This document shows positions 8,854 through 17,375 of a DNA stretch of 32,000 bases, piece by piece. A program made the position numbers and the translations under genes. Source of the DNA: Candidatus Jordarchaeales archaeon (lineage in GTDB: Archaea > Asgardarchaeota > Jordiarchaeia > Jordiarchaeales > Freyrarchaeaceae); assembly GCA_038858525.1 (NCBI GenBank), contig JAWCFL010000001.1, positions 107,074 to 139,073 on the forward strand. The letters are read 5' to 3'. The stretch's first letter is position 1; the number at the start of each line of letters is the position of its first letter. The notes below the pieces were generated by a model. It was not told where the DNA came from and searched no databases. It saw nothing but the letters and a program-made list of their open reading frames with translations.

Positions 8854-8911
8854 CAAAAATTTATCTTAGATAAAGTTTTATGAATCTTTCAGAAACATCG
8901 GCAAAAAGAAC

Positions 8912-8947
8912 GACTTATATTTAAATGATGTCGAATCTTTCGACAGC
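8912..8947. repeat. Right arm of the inverted repeat; contains TATTTAAA and the palindrome TGTCGAA-TCT-TTCGACA
   Basis: See left arm. Confidence 0.9.
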
Positions 8948-9064
8948 TTGAAAGTCAAAAAGACTGTGTCTTCCCTGTTCTTAGGGAAAGATTAGTGAAA
9001 TAGAAAAGGATATAAGGTTTCGTTTTTTAATGGCTCGGCAAATTAATGGTTTTGCGTGTGAAAA

Positions 9065-10474
9065 ATGAACAAAAAGGTTATTCTGCTGGATTCAACGCTT
9101 CGTGAAGGAGAGCAGACGCCGGGCGTATCATTCACCATAGAGGAGAAACTTGAGATTGCGAAAATGCTGGACGAAGTTGGCGTCGGCATGATCGAAGCAG
9201 GGTCCCCCATGGTTTCGGAAGGAGTCAAAGAGGCTGTTAAAAGAATAGCAAATGAGTCGCTGAAAGCAGAGGTTATTGCTCACGTCAGAGCGGTTAAAGA
9301 AGACGTAGACTTAGCTCTTAATTGCGGAGTTGACCGAGTAGCCATCTTTATGGGGACGTCACCTATACATAGAAAAACGAAATTTAAGTTAAATGAAGAG
9401 GAAATTATTAAGAGAGTAATTGAAGCAGTTGAGTATGCTAAAGAGCATGGAGTTAAAGTGAGGTTTACCCCTGAGGATGCAACTAGGACTGAAAGGGAAT
9501 ACCTAGTTAGGATTTGCTCAGCAGCTATAGAGGCGGGAGCAGACAGAATAAGCGTGGCGGATACAGTAGGAATAATGACCCCAGATAGTATGTATGAGCT
9601 TGTATCTTTTCTTTCCGAAAAGCTAAAGGGTGCAGGACTTGACGTGCACTGCCATAACGATCTAGGATTAGCTGTTGCCAACTCTCTCGCAGGAGTGAAG
9701 GCCGGAGCAAATGTGGTTCATGTTACGGTAAATGGGCTTGGAGAGAGAGCAGGCATAGCACCTCTTTCGGATGTAGCTGTTGCGTTAAAAGTATTAATGG
9801 GAATAGATCCCGGAATAAAGTTTCACATGTTAACTGAGCTCTCAAGCATGGTTGAAAGATATAGTGGCGTATACCTTTCTCCTCACACCCCAATAGTTGG
9901 AAGTAACGCGTTTTCCCATAAAGCAGGAGTTCACGTAGCTGCCGTTCTAGCTGACCCGAGCACGTATGAAGCGTTTGACCCGTCAATCTTGGGAAGAAGC
10001 AGAAAAATAGTCGTAGATAGATATGCTGGAAAGCATGCTGTTAAAGCAAAGCTGGACGAGCTAGGAGTAGAAGTAAATGAGGAGCAACTGGAGAAAATAA
10101 CTAGGAAGATAAAGGAGCTTTCAGATAAGAAAAAGCGCATAGAGAACGCTGACATTTTAGCTATAGCAGAAGAGGTGTTAGGACGAAACGTCAGAGGCGT
10201 AACGCCTGAAGGAGTTATGGGGATCGTCTTAGTGAAGGTCGAGTCGCATGTTTACACGACGAACATAATAAGAAGGATCATAAATATCCCCGGAGTGGAA
10301 AACGCATTTGAAGTGAGTGGGGAGTACGACATAGTGGTTTACGTTCAAACAAGGAATATGAGCGAGTTGAACGAACGCATAGAGGCAATCAGAAGCGTAA
10401 GGGGAGTTGAAAGAACCACAACAAAGATAGTGCTAAAGAGGTTCGACAGTCAAAATAAAATAATTTCGAAGTAA
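9065..10474 (+). CDS. hcs: Homocitrate synthase with C-terminal Lrp/AsnC-type RAM domain (Sulfolobus-type)
   Basis: DSTLREGEQTPG, HCHNDLGLA, GERAG, HKAGVH; C-terminal GIVLVKV..EVSGEYDIVV..IRSVRGVERTTTKIVL is a RAM fold. This architecture is known for Sulfolobales HCS, and a LysW operon lies nearby. Confidence 0.8.
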   Translation: MNKKVILLDSTLREGEQTPGVSFTIEEKLEIAKMLDEVGVGMIEAGSPMVSEGVKEAVKRIANESLKAEVIAHVRAVKEDVDLALNCGVDRVAIFMGTSPIHRKTKFKLNEEEIIKRVIEAVEYAKEHGVKVRFTPEDATRTEREYLVRICSAAIEAGADRISVADTVGIMTPDSMYELVSFLSEKLKGAGLDVHCHNDLGLAVANSLAGVKAGANVVHVTVNGLGERAGIAPLSDVAVALKVLMGIDPGIKFHMLTELSSMVERYSGVYLSPHTPIVGSNAFSHKAGVHVAAVLADPSTYEAFDPSILGRSRKIVVDRYAGKHAVKAKLDELGVEVNEEQLEKITRKIKELSDKKKRIENADILAIAEEVLGRNVRGVTPEGVMGIVLVKVESHVYTTNIIRRIINIPGVENAFEVSGEYDIVVYVQTRNMSELNERIEAIRSVRGVERTTTKIVLKRFDSQNKIISK

Positions 10475-10491
10475 AAATTACGATTTAACTT

Positions 10492-11781
10492 TTATATTTT
10501 TTGTTTTGCCATAAATACGCAGTTTTCGCTTCCACAGGCTGCGCATTCAACCTCTTCAACGGTATATGGAATTTCGTAAACTGCTTCTGCTAAACCTTTT
10601 ATGATTCCCCTGAAATTAAAGCATATTGGTGTTTTGTATATTTTTCCCGGCTGAACCATTATCGAGTTTTTAACTCTTACCTTTATCATTGAGGGGGCAT
10701 TTCTCATGTCTGCTTCGACAAGCCCCCAGCCGGCTAGGCTAGCAGTATCTAGCCCTCTAATAAAAAGTTCGTCTTCAGCGAATGGAAAAGCCTCGCGAAG
10801 CCGGCGGATAGTTCTATAGGCTATACGGTAGCCGGCGCTTTCTAGAACAGATCCGATCCGATCGATCACGTTTTCTTCTACGCCTTTTCTCACGATTTCA
10901 TGAAGGAATATCGCTGGCAAAATCGTTATACGTCCAAACTCACCTATTATCTGGCTTCTAATGCTACCTTCAGCGTCCATGGTCACTGTTGTTTTTATAG
11001 AATCAAAAGAGGAAAGTATGTCATTTCCGATAAGAACTTCCCGTTCCCTAAACTTCAGGGAGTATGGTGTCGCTACGCGGACACAAGGTAAACCAGCGTT
11101 CTTAATTACGGTAATAAAACTTTTAGTTATTCCCTTAGCCTCAAAGCTCTTAAGTTCTATTACAGTGTCAGCGATATGCTCTGCAGCTGCCACAACGCTA
11201 CGTTCATGCATCTCCCGGTTTAACGATGTGAAGAAAAGATCATTTAGAAGTTTAACCTTTGACTTGACATCCCACAAGAAATGTAAACACTTGTCAGGGT
11301 CTCCCGTGGAGAAGATAGTTGTGGAGAATTGATTATAGATCCAAGTAACTTTCATTCCTGGAAAAGGAATTCCTTTAAGCTTTTCATTTCTGAACTTTTT
11401 TAGTACATACATTATGTGGTTCAAGTCATTTGTCCTTGTAACGATTTCTATGTTTGATTCCGAAGTCTCAGCCACACCCATATAGCTACTAAAAAGGTCT
11501 ATGTAAAAAAGACGGTTTTCTCTCAATGCCTCACTTGTGATTTCAGGAGCGTAAAGCTGAGGGTATGTTTGAGATGGCGGATCAGTGGTGATTAGGAGAA
11601 CGGTTTCGCCTCTCTGTAGGAGGTTTAGAGATAACATACCGAGTAAAGCTGATGCATCCTGAGAAGTACCACTATCACAAAGAATAAGGACTACGGATCC
11701 TCGGGGAATTCCACCCCCACATAAGAAGTCCAGACCCGCAATTCCAGTACTTGCGAGATTTTCATACAAATTTTCCGCCAC
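10492..11781 (-). CDS. KaiC/RAD55-like RecA-fold domain (degenerate Walker motifs) fused to a V4R ligand-binding domain
   Basis: N-terminal STGIAGLDFLCGGGIPRGSVVLI and EHIADTVIEL; C-terminal AGWG..C..FRGIIKG..VEEVECAACGSENCVF is the V4R signature. Confidence 0.78.
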   Translation of the reverse strand: MAENLYENLASTGIAGLDFLCGGGIPRGSVVLILCDSGTSQDASALLGMLSLNLLQRGETVLLITTDPPSQTYPQLYAPEITSEALRENRLFYIDLFSSYMGVAETSESNIEIVTRTNDLNHIMYVLKKFRNEKLKGIPFPGMKVTWIYNQFSTTIFSTGDPDKCLHFLWDVKSKVKLLNDLFFTSLNREMHERSVVAAAEHIADTVIELKSFEAKGITKSFITVIKNAGLPCVRVATPYSLKFREREVLIGNDILSSFDSIKTTVTMDAEGSIRSQIIGEFGRITILPAIFLHEIVRKGVEENVIDRIGSVLESAGYRIAYRTIRRLREAFPFAEDELFIRGLDTASLAGWGLVEADMRNAPSMIKVRVKNSIMVQPGKIYKTPICFNFRGIIKGLAEAVYEIPYTVEEVECAACGSENCVFMAKQKI

Positions 11782-11809
11782 CTAGAGAGGCATCAAAATC
11801 GACTTTAAG

Positions 11810-11829
11810 AAATCTTATAATAAAGATTT
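11810..11829. promoter_or_regulatory. Palindrome AAATCTT-ATAATA-AAGATTT overlapping the probable TATA box of the KaiC-V4R gene
   Basis: 7-bp inverted repeat 29-48 nt upstream of the start at 11781. Confidence 0.4.
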
Positions 11830-11950
11830 TCTGTAAGTAACAGTAATCATACGTCTCATATAACTGTATATTGAAGAAGTTATTTATTTTTTTCTCGAAT
11901 ATCTCGATAATACATAATAAAAAAAAGGAAATTTTTGATTGAAAACAAAT

Positions 11951-13741
11951 TTAAATTGCGGTTTCTACAACAATGTTTTTGAATGCTTCTTCGATTTTCT
12001 CAATAAGCGAGTCGACATACTCCTCGATCTTATCATTTGGTATGACTTTCATGCGTGCAATCTCGTCTCTCACTGGAAGATTTAGAACGTTTGATATCGA
12101 AACACCCTTAGCTACGCTGTCGCGCATCATGTGATAGAATGTAATTATTGTCTTCAGCATGAGATATGATTTCTTTGGGTCACAAAAAGTGTCAACTGGG
12201 TGGAGGGCTGACTGCTGTAGATAGTCTTCTCTTATCATTCTGGCAGCTTCAAGGATTACGCGTTCACTTTCTGGCAAAGCGTCTGGACCAACTAGCTGGA
12301 CGATCTCTTTAAGTTCTTCTTCACGTTGTAGAAGGAACATGGCCTCTTTACGTAACTCGGAGAACTCTGAGCTAACCTCACGCTTAAACCAATCTTCTAA
12401 GTTTTCTAGGTAAAGGCTGTAGCTTTGAAGCCAATGTATGGCGGGGAAGTGTCTTCTGCTTGCTAAATCCTTGTTAAGTGCCCAGAAGACTTTAACTACA
12501 CGCAGCGTGTTTGTCGTAACTGGCTCACTAAAGTCTCCTCCAGGAGGAGAAACTGCGCCGCATATTGTGACTGAGCCATACCTTGGGTTATCCTCTGTAG
12601 AGCCTAGAGTTATTACGCGTCCAGCTCTCTCGTAAAATTCTGCAAGCCTAGAGCCTAAATATGCAGGGAACCCTTCCTCTCCAGGCATTTCCTCAAGCCT
12701 GCCGCTTATTTCACGGAGAGCTTCAGCCCACCTTGAAGTGGAGTCAGCCATAAGCGCCACGTGATACCCTTGATCCCTGAAATATTCCGCAATCGTAATC
12801 CCCGTGTAAATTGAAGCTTCTCTGGCAGCTACGGGCATATTGCTAGTGTTGGCTATGAGGACTGTTCTGTTCATTAACGGCTCCCCAGTACGAGGGTCCT
12901 CTAACTTCGGGAAATCTTCCAGCACCTCGGTCATTTCGTTTCCGCGTTCCCCGCAACCGACATATACTATTATGTCTGCTGAAGCATACTTTGCCAACTG
13001 GTGAAGCATGACGGTTTTACCGGTTCCAAAACCTCCCGGTATAGCCGCTGTGCCGCCCATTGCCACAGGGAAAAACGTGTCGATTATTCTTTGCCCGGTT
13101 ACAAGTGGCACAGAAGACTCTAGTTTTCTTAGGACTGGTCTCGGCTGCCTTACAGGCCACTTCGACATCAACTTTACATCATGGATTACTCCTCTTCGTA
13201 CCTCTATTCTCGCAACGGTATCTGTCACGAGGTAATCTCCTTCAGGCATTATTTCGACTATCCTTCCACTTACACCGATGGGAGCTAGAATTCGTATCGT
13301 CACCAGTTTTTTCTCAGGGACATTACCTATTATCTGGCCTTGAACCACATATTCTCCTTCTTTAACGAGAGGGGTGAAATGCCATTTTTTGTCTCTCGGG
13401 AGTGCTTCGGCAATTGCTCCTCTCCTTATAAAGTCGCCTGTTGCTTCTTTTATTCTTGGAAGAGGACGCTGTATACCATCAAAAATTTGCCCTATTAAGC
13501 CCGGGCCAAGTTCCGCGGAAAGAGGCATCCCCGTCGCTATGACGGGCTCACCGGGCTTTAAACCTGAAGTTTCCTCATACACTTGTATCGTTGCTCTGTC
13601 ACCTTCAACCCTGTTTACTTCCCCTATCAGTCGTTCCTCGCCAACCATGCAGACTTCATACATCTGAACGCCTATAAGTCCTTCAGCCTCAACGACGGGG
13701 CCAGACACCCTTACAATTTTCCCTATTTTTTCTTTAGACAT
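11951..13741 (-). CDS. atpA: A/V-type ATP synthase catalytic subunit A
   Basis: [21 protein letters not shown] Walker [41 protein letters not shown]; no intein. Confidence 0.97.
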   Translation of the reverse strand: MSKEKIGKIVRVSGPVVEAEGLIGVQMYEVCMVGEERLIGEVNRVEGDRATIQVYEETSGLKPGEPVIATGMPLSAELGPGLIGQIFDGIQRPLPRIKEATGDFIRRGAIAEALPRDKKWHFTPLVKEGEYVVQGQIIGNVPEKKLVTIRILAPIGVSGRIVEIMPEGDYLVTDTVARIEVRRGVIHDVKLMSKWPVRQPRPVLRKLESSVPLVTGQRIIDTFFPVAMGGTAAIPGGFGTGKTVMLHQLAKYASADIIVYVGCGERGNEMTEVLEDFPKLEDPRTGEPLMNRTVLIANTSNMPVAAREASIYTGITIAEYFRDQGYHVALMADSTSRWAEALREISGRLEEMPGEEGFPAYLGSRLAEFYERAGRVITLGSTEDNPRYGSVTICGAVSPPGGDFSEPVTTNTLRVVKVFWALNKDLASRRHFPAIHWLQSYSLYLENLEDWFKREVSSEFSELRKEAMFLLQREEELKEIVQLVGPDALPESERVILEAARMIREDYLQQSALHPVDTFCDPKKSYLMLKTIITFYHMMRDSVAKGVSISNVLNLPVRDEIARMKVIPNDKIEEYVDSLIEKIEEAFKNIVVETAI

Positions 13742-13861
13742 TTCAAATCATCTCCATCATCAGGAGAGTTTTTCGTTACGTTCTATTATGTAGTGGCTTA
13801 GATACTCCTTTTAAAAGATTTGGTTGTGTTTAAGGTTTCGTAGATGAACAATAAAAACCGG

Positions 13862-14218
13862 CTAGGCTGCTAGAAGGTTATACGCCGCCGTCCATAAAGT
13901 AAGCCAAAGGAAGAAAGAAGTGATGAGGCCGGATGTGAAAAACGGAGGCCAACCTCCAACTTGTTCGGGAGTTATTTTTAAGAAGAAGCGTGAAAATATG
14001 AATGGAAGTATAATGAAGAAGAAGATTCCTAAAAGCGCAGCTACAGCGGACGCAGAGGATGCAAATAATAACTCGGAGATGGGCGGATTAAGAACTGGCT
14101 TTATTAGTGTGCTTACTAACGACGCCGCCATCGCCATAAGGTTTCTAACCCACCATATTTTTTCCTTAGGTGGCTGTGCAGTCCATTTTTCCTTTAGTCT
14201 TAAGGAGAATTTTTTCAT
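13862..14218 (-). CDS. Small multi-pass membrane protein, Rab5ip/OPTI (RAB5IF)/EMC6-like
   Basis: Strong RBS (GGAGGTGA), about 3 hydrophobic segments, motifs IWWVRNLMA and LKITPEQVGG..GLITSFFLWLTLWTAAYN resembling eukaryotic RAB5IF/EMC6 as recalled from memory. Confidence 0.65.
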   Translation of the reverse strand: MKKFSLRLKEKWTAQPPKEKIWWVRNLMAMAASLVSTLIKPVLNPPISELLFASSASAVAALLGIFFFIILPFIFSRFFLKITPEQVGGWPPFFTSGLITSFFLWLTLWTAAYNLLAA

Positions 14219-14247
14219 TGATATATCACCTCCTAGGAGGGGTTTTG

Positions 14248-16227
14248 TTGGAAGCTATGTCGAGCCTTGACATTGCGGCAATAGTATCCGAGCTGAATAG
14301 GATGCTGGTTGGTGGCAGAATACGAAACGTCTATCAGATTAACAGGATCTTCATTTTCAGGGTACGAACGAGCAATGAAGATTTTCAACTTCTCGTAGAG
14401 CCAGGTAGAAGAATTCACCTTACATGGTATGAAAGGGTGAAGCCTAGGTTTCCTCCACCATTCTGCATGACGCTCAGAAAACACTTGAAGCATGGTAGGA
14501 TCCTCTCTGTGCAGCAATATGATTTTGATCGAGTTGTAATGCTAAATGTCGGTTTTGCTAAAAATAGAGTGACTCTGGTTTTTGAGCTTTTCGGGGACGG
14601 CAATATCGTGCTTCTTGACGAAGAGGGCAAAATAATTGTAGCGGAAAAATACGCTTCGATGAAAGACAGAGACATTCTCCCCAAAAAAAGCTACCTTTTT
14701 CCTCCTTCTAGAGGAAAGGATCCTCGAAATATAAGTTTTGAGGAGTTCAGAGAAGTTTTAGCTGGAAGTAAAGGGAAGATTGCAGCCATCCTTGTTAGAA
14801 ACCTCAGCATTGGAAGTATTTTAGCTGAAGAAGCGTGCATAAGAAGCGGTATTGAAAAAGAAAGAGATGTAAGCTTGCTTTCAGACGATGAAACACGCAC
14901 TTTGTTTGAGACACTGAAAGGATTATTAGAGGAGGTTGAGGGGGGGATTAATTCGGGTATAGTTCTTAGAAGCGAGGAAGCGATTATTGTTTCTCCTGTG
15001 AAGCTAAAAACTTATAGTGGGGGGGAGTTCTCATGGAAAGAGTTTGAAAGTTTTAACAAAGCTGCGGATGAGTTTTATTCTAAGAGAGAGGAGTTGATTG
15101 TTGAGGAAGAACTGAGAGGAGAAGCGCGTGAAGAGGAAGACAAAATTCAGAGAATGCTAGAGACGCAAAGGGAAACTCTTCAGAAAATGATCGAGGCTGA
15201 GGAAAAGTATCGCAGATATGGGAATCTGTTGTATGAGAACATTCACCTCGTAAGTCAACTGCTCGAAGCTGTGATTTCAGCCAGAAAGAAAAACTATTCT
15301 TGGCAGGAGATAGAGGAGAGGATCAAATCCGCGAAGGATAAGAATTTAGCTGCTAGGATTTTTGCAGGAGTAAAACCTCATGAGGGACGCATTCTAGTCG
15401 AGTTAAATGAGGAGCTTATACCACTTGACGTTAAATTGTCAGCTACCGAGAACGCCAACAGTTTTTATGAAAAGGCCAAGAAGGCTGCAATCAAAGCTGA
15501 GAGAATCAAGAAAGCCATGGAGGAGACGCTAAGGAAAATGGAGGAGGTGAAAGAAAAAAAGGAGGAAGTACAGTTTAAGCTTAGACTCAAGAGAAAAAAG
15601 AAGTGGTATGAAGCTTATCGGTGGATGATATCATCAGACGGGTTCCTAGTTCTTGGAGGGAAGGATGCTAAAAGCAACATCACTTTGTACAAAAGGATGG
15701 AGGTGAATGATATTTTCTTTCACGCCGAAGTGCATGGAGCACCTGTAGTTATAGTTAAGACGGAGGGGAAAACGTGCCCCGAGAGCACACTTAAGGAAGC
15801 TGCACAGTTTGCCGTCTCATATTCAAGGGCATGGAAGGAACGGTTGCTTCAGGTGGACGCATACTGGGTTCATCCAGACCAGGTCTCTGAGACTCCTCCG
15901 TCAGGTGAGTACTTACCTAAGGGAGGACTAATTATTAGAGGTAAGAGAAACTATTTCCGTAATGTACCACTGGAATTAGCTGTTGGAGTAGTTAGTGAGG
16001 GAAACGAGATAAAGGTAATAGCGGGAGCCCCATCAGCCGTTTCTAAAAAAACGTCTATTTACGTTAAAATCAAACCGGGAGAATTACCTTCAAGTAAACT
16101 TGCAGAGGCAATAAGAAGCATTCTGGCTAGGAAAGCACCTCAAGAGTTAGCCGAGATAATTTTAAGAATTCCATTAGACGAGTTCCAGAGCGTACTTCCA
16201 CCCGGCGGAGGGGAAATAACAGAGTGA
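14248..16227 (+). CDS. rqc2: Ribosome quality control protein Rqc2/NEMF (NFACT family); start TTG 14245/14248 or ATG 14257
   Basis: MSSLDI, DFDRVV, ELFGDGNIVL, KWYEAYRW..GFLVLGGKDAKSN, FHAEVHGAP, SGEYLPKGG. Confidence 0.92.
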   Translation: MEAMSSLDIAAIVSELNRMLVGGRIRNVYQINRIFIFRVRTSNEDFQLLVEPGRRIHLTWYERVKPRFPPPFCMTLRKHLKHGRILSVQQYDFDRVVMLNVGFAKNRVTLVFELFGDGNIVLLDEEGKIIVAEKYASMKDRDILPKKSYLFPPSRGKDPRNISFEEFREVLAGSKGKIAAILVRNLSIGSILAEEACIRSGIEKERDVSLLSDDETRTLFETLKGLLEEVEGGINSGIVLRSEEAIIVSPVKLKTYSGGEFSWKEFESFNKAADEFYSKREELIVEEELRGEAREEEDKIQRMLETQRETLQKMIEAEEKYRRYGNLLYENIHLVSQLLEAVISARKKNYSWQEIEERIKSAKDKNLAARIFAGVKPHEGRILVELNEELIPLDVKLSATENANSFYEKAKKAAIKAERIKKAMEETLRKMEEVKEKKEEVQFKLRLKRKKKWYEAYRWMISSDGFLVLGGKDAKSNITLYKRMEVNDIFFHAEVHGAPVVIVKTEGKTCPESTLKEAAQFAVSYSRAWKERLLQVDAYWVHPDQVSETPPSGEYLPKGGLIIRGKRNYFRNVPLELAVGVVSEGNEIKVIAGAPSAVSKKTSIYVKIKPGELPSSKLAEAIRSILARKAPQELAEIILRIPLDEFQSVLPPGGGEITE

Positions 16228-16229
16228 TG

Positions 16230-16246
16230 GAGAAAATATTTATAAA
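16230..16246 (+). promoter_or_regulatory. Probable BRE/TATA of the lysWXYZJK operon
   Basis: GAGAAAA followed by TTTATAAA just after the rqc2 stop; an alternative AAAAACGTTAAAA lies at 16294-16306. Confidence 0.5.
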
Positions 16247-16341
16247 CAGAATGAATTTAGACTCGTGTCTGATTCCTTCGTCGATACGACGGCAAAAACG
16301 TTAAAATGAAATTGGTGGCTTCATTTTAGGAGGTGCTGGAT

Positions 16342-16515
16342 TTGGCTAAAGGAAATTGCCCTGAGTGTGATGCAGAAATAGAGATAAATGATCCTGTTAT
16401 AAGAGAGGTCACAGAGTGCCCTGAGTGTGGCGCTGAGTTAGAGGTCGTTGAGATAAAAGGAAATAAGATTAAGTTTTCAGTTGTTGAAATTTCAGGAGAA
16501 GATTGGGGAGAGTAA
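16342..16515 (+). CDS. lysW: Amino-group carrier protein LysW
   Basis: CPEC..CPECG Zn ribbon and C-terminal EDWGE; AGGAGG RBS favours TTG 16342. Confidence 0.97.
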   Translation: MAKGNCPECDAEIEINDPVIREVTECPECGAELEVVEIKGNKIKFSVVEISGEDWGE

Positions 16516-16517
16516 GT

Positions 16518-17375
16518 TTGGTTACGGTAGGGCTAATATGTGACAGGGTTCGCTGGGACGAAAAAGAATTAATTAAAGCAGTAAGAAGACGGGGCGCTAA
16601 GCCACTGATCATAGACCAAAAAAACATCTTTCTGGACATAACGGGAGGCAAAGATAACATACCTGAGGCAGACATTTACCTTCAACGGAGTGTAAGTACG
16701 CTCAAGGGGCTTTACATCTCAAAGATCTTAGAGGAGAAAGGCTGCACGGTGATAAACTCGTTTGAATCGTCTAGGATCTGTGCGGATAAGCTCCTCACGA
16801 CTTTGGCATTAGCCAAGGCAGGCATACCAACGCCACGCACATTGATAGCTTTTGATATAGAATCAGGATTGGAAGCACTGGAGCAATTAGGGTATCCTGC
16901 AGTAATCAAGCCAGTTATAGGAAGCTGGGGGAGATTCGTCGCTTTGTTAAGGGATCGACAGACGGCGAGATCTATTATGGAAGAAAGAACATTCATGGGT
17001 GCATTGTACCAAACCTTCTATCTTCAAGAATACGTAGAAAAAATAGGTAAAAAGGACATAAGAAGCTTTGTTGTGGGAGACCGAGTTGTAGCTGCAATAT
17101 ACAGGATCGCGGTTAAAGACGAGCTGAGAACGAACACGGCGCTTGGGGGACGAGCTGAGGCATGCCAGATAACTCCAGAAATAGAAAACTTAAGTTTGAG
17201 GGCGGCAGAGGCAGTTGGAGGCGATGGAGTTTACGGAGTAGACATACTTATCGGGGATAAGGGAATGATGGTTAACGAAGTAAATCACACCGTGGAGTTT
17301 CACACCACGGTTCCTGTAACGGGGATAGATGTCCCGGGCTTAATTATAGATTATGTTCTGGAGAGGGTTAAATGA
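16518..17375 (+). CDS. lysX: LysW-alpha-aminoadipate ligase (ATP-grasp, RimK family)
   Basis: DKLLT, KPVIGSWGR, YLQEYV, DIRSFVVG..AAIYR..TNTALGG, NEVNHTVEF; directly downstream of lysW. Confidence 0.93.
   Translation: MVTVGLICDRVRWDEKELIKAVRRRGAKPLIIDQKNIFLDITGGKDNIPEADIYLQRSVSTLKGLYISKILEEKGCTVINSFESSRICADKLLTTLALAKAGIPTPRTLIAFDIESGLEALEQLGYPAVIKPVIGSWGRFVALLRDRQTARSIMEERTFMGALYQTFYLQEYVEKIGKKDIRSFVVGDRVVAAIYRIAVKDELRTNTALGGRAEACQITPEIENLSLRAAEAVGGDGVYGVDILIGDKGMMVNEVNHTVEFHTTVPVTGIDVPGLIIDYVLERVK

Larger units (their letters stand above)
7571..8960 (-). mobile_element. Degenerate IS200/IS605-superfamily-like (tnpB-only) element; ends uncertain
   Basis: Contains a tnpB pseudogene, no tnpA in the window, and flanking hairpins/inverted repeats. 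A possible right-end TTCAC on the minus strand at 7571-7575 is only tentative. Confidence 0.6.

Noticed and set aside
5340-8960. Frameshifts as pure sequencing error
   Set aside because: About 28 kb of flanking ORFs are intact, and the lesions include an in-frame stop, a 5-nt duplication and motif substitutions. Not fully excluded without reads.
7571-8960. CRISPR array or Cas12f system
   Set aside because: Only two to three related motifs, inverted rather than tandem, with no regular spacers and no cas1/cas2.
12990-13060. VMA-type intein in atpA
   Set aside because: The Walker A region [13 protein letters not shown] is uninterrupted and the length (596 aa) is standard.
13920-14270. Plus-strand 116-aa ORF and the 29-aa N-terminal extension of rqc2 from 14170
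   Set aside because: Both are antisense overlaps of the membrane-protein gene; RBS position supports an rqc2 start at 14245-14257.
16279-16291. Shared operator between lysW (GTCG-N3-CGAC) and the hcs-proximal palindrome (GTCG-N7-CGAC)
   Set aside because: Half-site spacing differs by 4 bp, and the second motif is better explained as part of the tnpB-flanking inverted repeat.
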